A DNA stretch of 64,000 bases from the human T2T-CHM13v2.0 reference genome, Homo sapiens. The notes under the pieces were generated by a model. It saw only the letters and a program-made list of their open reading frames with translations, had not been told where the DNA came from and did not search any database. Shown piece by piece: positions 11,501-23,500 of the stretch. The position numbers and the translations under genes are program-made. The stretch is from NCBI RefSeq assembly GCF_009914755.1, contig NC_060944.1. The stretch is one strand, 5' to 3'. The stretch's first letter is position 1. Every line of letters begins with the position of its first letter.

Positions 11501-14500
11501 CGCATTCAGGCTTGTGTTGAAAAAGGAAATATCCTCCCATAAAAACTAGACAGAAGCATTCTCAGAAACTTATCTGTGATGTATGTACTCAACTAACAGA
11601 ACTAAACCATCGTTTTGAAGGAGCAGTTTTGAAACACTCTTTTTGCGGAATCTGCAAGTGGATATTTGGCTAGCTGGGAGGATTTCGTTGGAAACGGGAT
11701 TACATACAAAAAGCAGACAGCAGCATTCTCAGAAACTTCTTTGTGATGTTTGCATTCAAGTCACAGAGTTGAACATTCCCTTTCATAGAGCAGGTTTGAA
11801 ACACTCTTTTTGTAGTATCTGGATGTGGACATTTGGATCGCTTTCAGGCCTATGGTGAAAAAGGAAATATCTTCCCATGAAAACTAGACAGAAGCATTCT
11901 CAGAAACTTATTTGTGATGTGTGCCCTCAACTGACAGTGTTGAACCTTTGTTTTGATAGAGCAGTTCTGAAACACACTTTTTGTAAAATCTGCAAGAGGA
12001 TATTTGGATAGCTTTGAGGATTTCGTTGGAAACGGGAATGTCTTCATGTAAACTCTAGACAGAAGCATTCTCAGAAACTGCTTTGGGATGTTTCAATTGA
12101 AGTCCCAGTGTTGAACATTCCCTTTCATAGAGCAGGTTTGAAACACTCTTTTTGTACTATCTGGAAGTGGACATTTGGAGCGCTTTCAGGTCTACGGTGA
12201 AAAAGGAGATATCTTCCAATAAAAACTAGATAGAAGCAATGTCAGAACTTTTTTCATGATGTATCTACTCAGCAAACAGAGTTGAACCTTTCTTTTGAGA
12301 GAGCAGTTTTGAAACACTCTTTTTGTGGAATATGCAAGTGGGTATTAGGCCAGCTTGGAGGATTTCGTTGGAAACGGGAATACGTATAAAAAGCAGACAG
12401 CAGCATTGTCAGAAACTACTTTGTGATGTTTGCATTGAAGTCACAGAATTGAACACTCCCTTTCACAGAGCAGGTTTGAAACACTCTTTTTGTAGTGTCT
12501 GTAAGTGAACATTTGGATTGCTTTCAGGCCTAAGGTGAAAAAGGAAATATCTTCCCATAAAAACTAGACAGAAGCATTCTCAGAAACTTGTTTGTGATGT
12601 GTGCCCTCTACTGACAGAGTTGAACCTTTCTTTGCAAAGAGCAGTTTTGAAACACTCTTTTTGTAGAATCTGCAAGAGGATATTTGGATAGCTTTGAGGA
12701 TTTCTTGGGAAACGGGAATGTCTTCAGATAAACTCTAGACAGAAGCATTCTCAGAAACTTCTTTGGGATGTTTCAGTTGAAGTCACAGTGTTGAACATTC
12801 CCTTTCACAGAGCAGGTTTGAAACACTCTTTTTGTAGTGTCTATAAGTGAACATTTGGCGTGCTTTCAGGCGTAACGTGAAAAAGGAAATATCTTCCCAT
12901 AAAAACTAGACAGAAGCATTCTCAGAAACTTGTTCTTGATGTGTCCCCTCTACTGACAGAGTTGAACCTTTCTTTGCAAAGAGCAGCTTTGAAACACTCT
13001 TTTTGTAGAATCTGCAAGAGGATATTTGGATAGCTTGGAGGATTTCGTTGGAAACGGGTATGTCTTCAGATAAACTCTAGACAGAAGCATTCTCAGAAAC
13101 TTCTTTGGGATGTTGCATTCAAGTCACAGAGTAGAACATTCCCATTCATAGAGCAGATTTGAAACACTCTTTTTGTAGTATCTGGAAGTGGACATTTGGA
13201 GCGCTTTCAGGCCTATGTTGAAAAAGGAAATATCTTCCCATAAAAACTAGACGGAAGCATTCTCAGAAACTTATTTGTGATGTGTTTGCTCAACTAACAG
13301 GATTGAACCATCGTTTTGAAGGAGCAGTTTTGAAACACTGTTTTCGTGGAATCTGCAAGTGGATATTTGGCTAGCTTTGAGGATTTCGTTGGAAACGGGA
13401 TTACATATAAAAAGGAGACAGCAGCATTCTCAGAAACTTCTTTGTGATGTCTGCATTCAATTCACAGAGTTGAGCATTCCCTTTCATAGAGCAGGTTGGA
13501 AACACTCTTTTTGTAGTATCTGGATGAGGACATTTGGAGCGCTTTCAGGCGTATGGTGAAAAAGGAAATATCTTCCCGTAAAAACTAGACAGAAGCATTC
13601 TCAGAAGTTTATTTGTGATGTGTGCCCTCAACTAACAGAGTTGAACCTTTCTTTTGATAGAGCAGTTTTGAAACACTCTTTTTGTAAAATCTGCAAGAGG
13701 ATATTTGGATAGCTTTGAGGATTTCGTTGCAAACGGGAATGGCTTCATATAAACTCTAGACAGAAGCATTCTCAGAAACTTCGTTGGGATGTTTCGATTG
13801 AAGTCCCAGTGTTGAACATTCCCTTTTATAGAGCAGGTTGGAAACACTCTTTCTGCATTCCCTGGAAGTGGACATTTGGAGCGCTTTCAGGACGACGGTG
13901 AAAATGGAAATATCTTCCAAGAAAATCTAGATAGAAGCAACGTCAGAAACTTTTATGTGATGGATCTACTCAGCTAACAGAGTTGAACCTTTCTTTTGAG
14001 AGAGCAGTTTTGCAACACTCTTTTTGTGGAATATGCAAGTGGATATTAGGGCAGCTTTGAGGATTTCGTTGGAAACGGGAATACATGTAAAAAGCAGACA
14101 GCAGCATTCTCAGAAACTTCTTTGTGATGTTTGCATTGAAGTCACAGAGTTGAACATTCCCTTTGAGAGAGCAGGTTTGAAACACGCCTTTTGTCATATC
14201 TGGAAGTGTCCATTCGGAGCGCATTCAGGCTTGTGTTGAAAAAGGAAATATCCTCCCATAAAAACTAGACAGAAGCATTCTCAGAAACTTATCTGTGATG
14301 TATGTACTCAACTAACAGAACTAAACCATCGTTTTGAAGGAGCAGTTTTGAAACACTCTTTTTGCGGAATCTGCAAGTGGATATTTGGCTAGCTGGGAGG
14401 ATTTCGTTGGAAACGGGATTACATACAAAAAGCAGACAGCAGCATTCTCAGAAACTTCTTTGTGATGTTTGCATTCAAGTCACAGAGTTGAACATTCCCT

Positions 14501-17500
14501 TTCATAGAGCAGGTTTGAAACACTCTTTTTGTAGTATCTGGATGTGGACATTTGGATCGCTTTCAGGCCTATGGTGAAAAAGGAAATATCTTCCCATGAA
14601 AACTAGACAGAAGCATTCTCAGAAACTTATTTGTGATGTGTGCCCTCAACTGACAGTGTTGAACCTTTGTTTTGATAGAGCAGTTCTGAAACACACTTTT
14701 TGTAAAATCTGCAAGAGGATATTTGGATAGCTTTGAGGATTTCGTTGGAAACGGGAATGTCTTCATGTAAACTCTAGACAGAAGCATTCTCAGAAACTGC
14801 TTTGGGATGTTTCAATTGAAGTCCCAGTGTTGAACATTCCCTTTCATAGAGCAGGTTTGAAACACTCTTTTTGTACTATCTGGAAGTGGACATTTGGAGC
14901 GCTTTCAGGTCTACGGTGAAAAAGGAGATATCTTCCAATAAAAACTAGATAGAAGCAATGTCAGAACTCTTTTCATGATGTATCTACTCAGCAAACAGAG
15001 TTGAACCTTTCTTTTGAGAGAGCAGTTTTGAAACACTCTTTTTGTGGAATATGCAAGTGGGTATTAGGCCAGCTTGGAGGATTTCGTTGGAAACGGGAAT
15101 ACGTATAAAAAGCAGACAGCAGCATTGTCAGAAACTACTTTGTGATGTTTGCATTCAAGTCACAGAATTGAACACTCCCTTTCACAGAGCAGGTTTGAAA
15201 CACTCTTTTTGTAGTGTCTGTAAGTGAACATTTGGATTGCTTTCAGGCCTAAGGTGAAAAAGGAAATATCTTCCCATAAAAACTAGACAGAAGCATTCTC
15301 AGAAACTTGTTTGTGATGTGTGCCCTCTACTGACAGAGTTGAAGCTTTCTTTGCAAAGAGCAGTTTTGAAACACTCTTTTTGTAGAATCTGCAAGAGGAT
15401 ATTTGGATAGCTTTGAGGATTTCTTGGGAAACGGGAATGTCTTCAGATAAACTCTAGACAGAAGCATTCTCAGAAACTTCTTTGGGATGTTTCAATTGAA
15501 GTCACAGTGTTGAACATTCCCTTTCACAGAGCAGGTTTGAAACACTCTTTTTGTAGTGTCTATAAGTGAACATTTGGCGTGCTTTCAGGCCTAACGTGAA
15601 AAAGGAAATATCTTCCCATAAAAACTAGACAGAAGCATTCTCAGAAACTTGTTCTTGATGTGTGCCCTCTACTGACAGAGTTGAACCTTTCTTTGCAAAG
15701 AGCAGCTTTGAAACACTCTTTTTGTAGAATCTGCAAGAGGATATTTGGATAGCTTGGAGGATTTCGTTGGAAACGGGTATGTCTTCAGATAAACTCTAGA
15801 CAGAAGCATTCTCAGAAACTTCTTTGGGATGTTGCATTCAAGTCACAGAGTAGAACATTCCCATTCATAGAGCAGATTTGAAACACTCTTTTTGTAGTAT
15901 CTGGAAGTGGACATTTGGAGCGCTTTCAGGCCTATGTTGAAAAAGGAAATATCTTCCCATAAAAACTAGACGGAAGCATTCTCAGAAACTTATTTGTGAT
16001 GTGTTTGCTCAACTAACAGGATTGAACCATCGTTTTGAAGGAGCAGTTTTGAAACACTGTTTTCGTGGAATCTGCAAGTGGATATTTGGCTAGCTTTGAG
16101 GATTTCGTTGGAAACGGGATTACATATAAAAAGGAGACAGCAGCATTCTCAGAAACTTCTTTGTGATGTCTGCATTCAATTCACAGAGTTGAGCATTCCC
16201 TTTCATAGAGCAGGTTGGAAACACTCTTTTTGTAGTATCTGGATGAGGACATTTGGAGCGCTTTCAGGCGTATGGTGAAAAAGGAAATATCTTCCCGTAA
16301 AAACTAGACAGAAGCATTCTCAGAAGTTTATTTGTGATGTGTGCCCTCAACTAACAGAGTTGAACCTTTCTTTTGATAGAGCAGTTTTGAAACACTCTTT
16401 TTGTAAAATCTGCAAGAGGATATTTGGATAGCTTTGAGGATTTCGTTGCAAACGGGAATGGCTTCATATAAACTCTAGACAGAAGCATTCTCAGAAACTT
16501 CGTTGGGATGTTTCGATTGAAGTCCCAGTGTTGAACATTCCCTTTTATAGAGCAGGTTGGAAACACTCTTTCTGCATTCCCTGGAAGTGGACATTTGGAG
16601 CGCTTTCAGGACGACGGTGAAAATGGAAATATCTTCCAAGAAAATCTAGATAGAAGCAACGTCAGAAACTTTTATGTGATGGATCTACTCAGCTAACAGA
16701 GTTGAACCTTTCTTTTGAGAGAGCAGTTTTGCAACACTCTTTTTGTGGAATATGCAAGTGGATATTAGGGCAGCTTTGAGGATTTCGTTGGAAACGGGAA
16801 TACATGTAAAAAGCAGACAGCAGCATTCTCAGAAACTTCTTTGTGATGTTTGCATTGAAGTCACAGAGTTGAACATTCCCTTTGAGAGAGCAGGTTTGAA
16901 ACACGCCTTTTGTCATATCTGGAAGTGTCCATTCGGAGCGCATTCAGGCTTGTGTTGAAAAAGGAAATATCCTCCCATAAAAACTAGACAGAAGCATTCT
17001 CAGAAACTTATCTGTGATGTATGTACTCAACTAACAGAACTAAACCATCGTTTTGAAGGAGCAGTTTTGAAACACTCTTTTTGCGGAATCTGCAAGTGGA
17101 TATTTGGCTAGCTGGGAGGATTTCGTTGGAAACGGGATTACATACAAAAAGCAGACAGCAGCATTCTCAGAAACTTCTTTGTGATGTTTGCATTCAAGTC
17201 ACAGAGTTGAACATTCCCTTTCATAGAGCAGGTTTGAAACACTCTTTTTGTAGTATCTGGATGTGGACATTTGGATCGCTTTCAGGCCTATGGTGAAAAA
17301 GGAAATATCTTCCCATGAAAACTAGACAGAAGCATTCTCAGAAACTTATTTGTGATGTGTGCCCTCAACTGACAGTGTTGAACCTTTGTTTTGATAGAGC
17401 AGTTCTGAAACACACTTTTTGTAAAATCTGCAAGAGGATATTTGGATAGCTTTGAGGATTTCGTTGGAAACGGGAATGTCTTCATGTAAACTCTAGACAG

Positions 17501-20500
17501 AAGCATTCTCAGAAACTGCTTTGGGATGTTTCAATTGAAGTCCCAGTGTTGAACATTCCCATTCATAGAGCAGGTTTGAAACACTCTTTTTGTACTATCT
17601 GGAAGTGGACATTTGGAGCGCTTTCAGGTCTACGGTGAAAAAGGAGATATCTTCCAATAAAAACTAGATAGAAGCAATGTCAGAACTCTTTTCATGATGT
17701 ATCTACTCAGCAAACAGAGTTGAACCTTTCTTTTGAGAGAGCAGTTTTGAAACACTCTTTTTGTGGAATATGCAAGTGGGTATTAGGCCAGCTTGGAGGA
17801 TTTCGTTGGAAACGGGAATACGTATAAAAAGCAGACAGCAGCATTGTCAGAAACTACTTTGTGATGTTTGCATTCAAGTCACAGAATTGAACACTCCCTT
17901 TCACAGAGCAGGTTTGAAACACTCTTTTTGTAGTGTCTGTAAGTGAACATTTGGATTGCTTTCAGGCCTAAGGTGAAAAAGGAAATATCTTCCCATAAAA
18001 ACTAGACAGAAGCATTCTCAGAAACTTGTTTGTGATGTGTGCCCTCTACTGACAGAGTTGAACCTTTCTTTGCAAAGAGCAGTTTTGAAACACTCTTTTT
18101 GTAGAATCTGCAAGAGGATATTTGGATAGCTTTGAGGATTTCTTGGGAAACGGGAATGTCTTCAGATAAACTCTAGACAGAAGCATTCTCAGAAACTTCT
18201 TTGGGATGTTTCAGTTGAAGTCACAGTGTTGAACATTCCCTTTCACAGAGCAGGTTTGAAACACTCTTTTTGTAGTGTCTATAAGTGAACATTTGGCGTG
18301 CTTTCAGGCGTAACGTGAAAAAGGAAATATCTTCCCATAAAAACTAGACAGAATCATTCTCAGAAACTTGTTCTTGATGTGTCCCCTCTACTGACAGAGT
18401 TGAACCTTTCTTTGCAAAGAGCAGCTTTGAAACACTCTTTTTGTAGAATCTGCAAGAGGATATTTGGATAGCTTGGAGGATTTCGTTGGAAACGGGTATG
18501 TCTTCAGATAAACTCTAGACAGAAGCATTCTCAGAAACTTCTTTGGGATGTTGCATTCAAGTCACAGAGTAGAACATTCCCATTCATAGAGCAGATTTGA
18601 AACACTCTTTTTGTAGTATCTGGAAGTGGACATTTGGAGCGCTTTCAGGCCTATGTTGAAAAAGGAAATATCTTCCCATAAAAACTAGACGGAAGCATTC
18701 TCAGAAACTTATTTGTGATGTGTTTGCTCAACTAACAGGATTGAACCATCGTTTTGAAGGAGCAGTTTTGAAACACTGTTTTCGTGGAATCTGCAAGTGG
18801 ATATTTGGCTAGCTTTGAGGATTTCGTTGGAAACGGGATTACATATAAAAAGGAGACAGCAGCATTCTCAGAAACTTCTTTGTGATGTCTGCATTCAATT
18901 CACAGAGTTGAGCATTCCCTTTCATAGAGCAGGTTGGAAACACTCTTTTTGTAGTATCTGGATGAGGACATTTGGAGCGCTTTCAGGCGTATGGTGAAAA
19001 AGGAAATATCTTCCCGTAAAAACTAGACAGAAGCATTCTCAGAAGTTTATTTGTGATGTGTGCCCTCAACTAACAGAGTTGAACCTTTCTTTTGATAGAG
19101 CAGTTTTGAAACACTCTTTTTGTAAAATCTGCAAGAGGATATTTGGATAGCTTTGAGGATTTCGTTGCAAACGGGAATGGCTTCATATAAACTCTAGACA
19201 GAAGCATTCTCAGAAACTTCGTTGGGATGTTTCGATTGAAGTCCCAGTGTTGAACATTCCCTTTTATAGAGCAGGTTGGAAACACTCTTTCTGCATTCCC
19301 TGGAAGTGGACATTTGGAGCGCTTTCAGGACGACGGTGAAAATGGAAATATCTTCCAAGAAAATCTAGATAGAAGCAACGTCAGAAACTTTTATGTGATG
19401 GATCTACTCAGCTAACAGAGTTGAACCTTTCTTTTGAGAGAGCAGTTTTGCAACACTCTTTTTGTGGAATATGCAAGTGGATATTAGGGCAGCTTTGAGG
19501 ATTTCGTTGGAAACGGGAATACATGTAAAAAGCAGACAGCAGCATTCTCAGAAACTTCTTTGTGATGTTTGCATTGAAGTCACAGAGTTGAACATTCCCT
19601 TTGAGAGAGCAGGTTTGAAACACGCCTTTTGTCATATCTGGAAGTGTCCATTCGGAGCGCATTCAGGCTTGTGTTGAAAAAGGAAATATCCTCCCATAAA
19701 AACTAGACAGAAGCATTCTCAGAAACTTATCTGTGATGTATGTACTCAACTAACAGAACTAAACCATCGTTTTGAAGGAGCAGTTTTGAAACACTCTTTT
19801 TGCGGAATCTGCAAGTGGATATTTGGCTAGCTGGGAGGATTTCGTTGGAAACGGGATTACATACAAAAAGCAGACAGCAGCATTCTCAGAAACTTCTTTG
19901 TGATGTTTGCATTCAAGTCACAGAGTTGAACATTCCCTTTCATAGAGCAGGTTTGAAACACTCTTTTTGTAGTATCTGGATGTGGACATTTGGATCGCTT
20001 TCAGGCCTATGGTGAAAAAGGAAATATCTTCCCATGAAAACTAGACAGAAGCATTCTCAGAAACTTATTTGTGATGTGTGCCCTCAACTGACAGTGTTGA
20101 ACCTTTGTTTTGATAGAGCAGTTCTGAAACACACTTTTTGTAAAATCTGCAAGAGGATATTTGGATAGCTTTGAGGATTTCGTTGGAAACGGGAATGTCT
20201 TCATGTAAACTCTAGACAGAAGCATTCTCAGAAACTGCTTTGGGATGTTTCAATTGAAGTCCCAGTGTTGAACATTCCCATTCATAGAGCAGGTTTGAAA
20301 CACTCTTTTTGTACTATCTGGAAGTGGACATTTGGAGCGCTTTCAGGTCTACGGTGAAAAAGGAGATATCTTCCAATAAAAACTAGATAGAAGCAATGTC
20401 AGAACTCTTTTCATGATGTATCTACTCAGCAAACAGAGTTGAACCTTTCTTTTGAGAGAGCAGTTTTGAAACACTCTTTTTGTGGAATATGCAAGTGGGT

Positions 20501-23500
20501 ATTAGGCCAGCTTGGAGGATTTCGTTGGAAACGGGAATACGTATAAAAAGCAGACAGCAGCATTGTCAGAAACTACTTTGTGATGTTTGCATTCAAGTCA
20601 CAGAATTGAACACTCCCTTTCACAGAGCAGGTTTGAAACACTCTTTTTGTAGTGTCTGTAAGTGAACATTTGGATTGCTTTCAGGCCTAAGGTGAAAAAG
20701 GAAATATCTTCCCATAAAAACTAGACAGAAGCATTCTCAGAAACTTGTTTGTGATGTGTGCCCTCTACTGACAGAGTTGAAGCTTTCTTTGCAAAGAGCA
20801 GTTTTGAAACACTCTTTTTGTAGAATCTGCAAGAGGATATTTGGATAGCTTTGAGGATTTCTTGGGAAACGGGAATGTCTTCAGATAAACTCTAGACAGA
20901 AGCATTCTCAGAAACTTCTTTGGGATGTTTCAATTGAAGTCACAGTGTTGAACATTCCCTTTCACAGAGCAGGTTTGAAACACTCTTTTTGTAGTGTCTA
21001 TAAGTGAACATTTGGCGTGCTTTCAGGCCTAACGTGAAAAAGGAAATATCTTCCCATAAAAACTAGACAGAAGCATTCTCAGAAACTTGTTCTTGATGTG
21101 TGCCCTCTACTGACAGAGTTGAACCTTTCTTTGCAAAGAGCAGCTTTGAAACACTCTTTTTGTAGAATCTGCAAGAGGATATTTGGATAGCTTGGAGGAT
21201 TTCGTTGGAAACGGGTATGTCTTCAGATAAACTCTAGACAGAAGCATTCTCAGAAACTTCTTTGGGATGTTGCATTCAAGTCACAGAGTAGAACATTCCC
21301 ATTCATAGAGCAGATTTGAAACACTCTTTTTGTAGTATCTGGAAGTGGACATTTGGAGCGCTTTCAGGCCTATGTTGAAAAAGGAAATATCTTCCCATAA
21401 AAACTAGACGGAAGCATTCTCAGAAACTTATTTGTGATGTGTTTGCTCAACTAACAGGATTGAACCATCGTTTTGAAGGAGCAGTTTTGAAACACTGTTT
21501 TCGTGGAATCTGCAAGTGGATATTTGGCTAGCTTTGAGGATTTCGTTGGAAACGGGATTACATATAAAAAGGAGACAGCAGCATTCTCAGAAACTTCTTT
21601 GTGATGTCTGCATTCAATTCACAGAGTTGAGCATTCCCTTTCATAGAGCAGGTTGGAAACACTCTTTTTGTAGTATCTGGATGAGGACATTTGGAGCGCT
21701 TTCAGGCGTATGGTGAAAAAGGAAATATCTTCCCGTAAAAACTAGACAGAAGCCTTCTCAGAAGTTTATTTGTGATGTGTGCCCTCAACTAACAGAGTTG
21801 AACCTTTCTTTTGATAGAGCAGTTTTGAAACACTCTTTTTGTAAAATCTGCAAGAGGATATTTGGATAGCTTTGAGGATTTCGTTGCAAACGGGAATGGC
21901 TTCATATAAACTCTAGACAGAAGCATTCTCAGAAACTTCGTTGGGATGTTTCGATTGAAGTCCCAGTGTTGAACATTCCCTTTTATAGAGCAGGTTGGAA
22001 ACACTCTTTCTGCATTCCCTGGAAGTGGACATTTGGAGCGCTTTCAGGACGACGGTGAAAATGGAAATATCTTCCAAGAAAATCTAGATAGAAGCAACGT
22101 CAGAAACTTTTATGTGATGGATCTACTCAGCTAACAGAGTTGAACCTTTCTTTTGAGAGAGCAGTTTTGCAACACTCTTTTTGTGGAATATGCAAGTGGA
22201 TATTAGGGCAGCTTTGAGGATTTCGTTGGAAACGGGAATACATGTAAAAAGCAGACAGCAGCATTCTCAGAAACTTCTTTGTGATGTTTGCATTGAAGTC
22301 ACAGAGTTGAACATTCCCTTTGAGAGAGCAGGTTTGAAACACGCCTTTTGTCATATCTGGAAGTGTCCATTCGGAGCGCATTCAGGCTTGTGTTGAAAAA
22401 GGAAATATCCTCCCATAAAAACTAGACAGAAGCATTCTCAGAAACTTATCTGTGATGTATGTACTCAACTAACAGAACTAAACCATCGTTTTGAAGGAGC
22501 AGTTTTGAAACACTCTTTTTGCGGAATCTGCAAGTGGATATTTGGCTAGCTGGGAGGATTTCGTTGGAAACGGGATTACATACAAAAAGCAGACAGCAGC
22601 ATTCTCAGAAACTTCTTTGTGATGTTTGCATTCAAGTCACAGAGTTGAACATTCCCTTTCATAGAGCAGGTTTGAAACACTCTTTTTGTAGTATCTGGAT
22701 GTGGACATTTGGATCGCTTTCAGGCCTATGGTGAAAAAGGAAATATCTTCCCATGAAAACTAGACAGAAGCATTCTCAGAAACTTATTTGTGATGTGTGC
22801 CCTCAACTGACAGTGTTGAACCTTTGTTTTGATAGAGCAGTTCTGAAACACACTTTTTGTAAAATCTGCAAGAGGATATTTGGATAGCTTTGAGGATTTC
22901 GTTGGAAACGGGAATGTCTTCATGTAAACTCTAGACAGAAGCATTCTCAGAAACTGCTTTGGGATGTTTCAATTGAAGTCCCAGTGTTGAACATTCCCAT
23001 TCATAGAGCAGGTTTGAAACACTCTTTTTGTACTATCTGGAAGTGGACATTTGGAGCGCTTTCAGGTCTACGGTGAAAAAGGAGATATCTTCCAATAAAA
23101 ACTAGATAGAAGCAATGTCAGAACTCTTTTCATGATGTATCTACTCAGCAAACAGAGTTGAACCTTTCTTTTGAGAGAGCAGTTTTGAAACACTCTTTTT
23201 GTGGAATATGCAAGTGGGTATTAGGCCAGCTTGGAGGATTTCGTTGGAAACGGGAATACGTATAAAAAGCAGACAGCAGCATTGTCAGAAACTACTTTGT
23301 GATGTTTGCATTCAAGTCACAGAATTGAACACTCCCTTTCACAGAGCAGGTTTGAAACACTCTTTTTGTAGTGTCTGTAAGTGAACATTTGGATTGCTTT
23401 CAGGCCTAAGGTGAAAAAGGAAATATCTTCCCATAAAAACTAGACAGAAGCATTCTCAGAAACTTGTTTGTGATGTGTGCCCTCTACTGACAGAGTTGAA

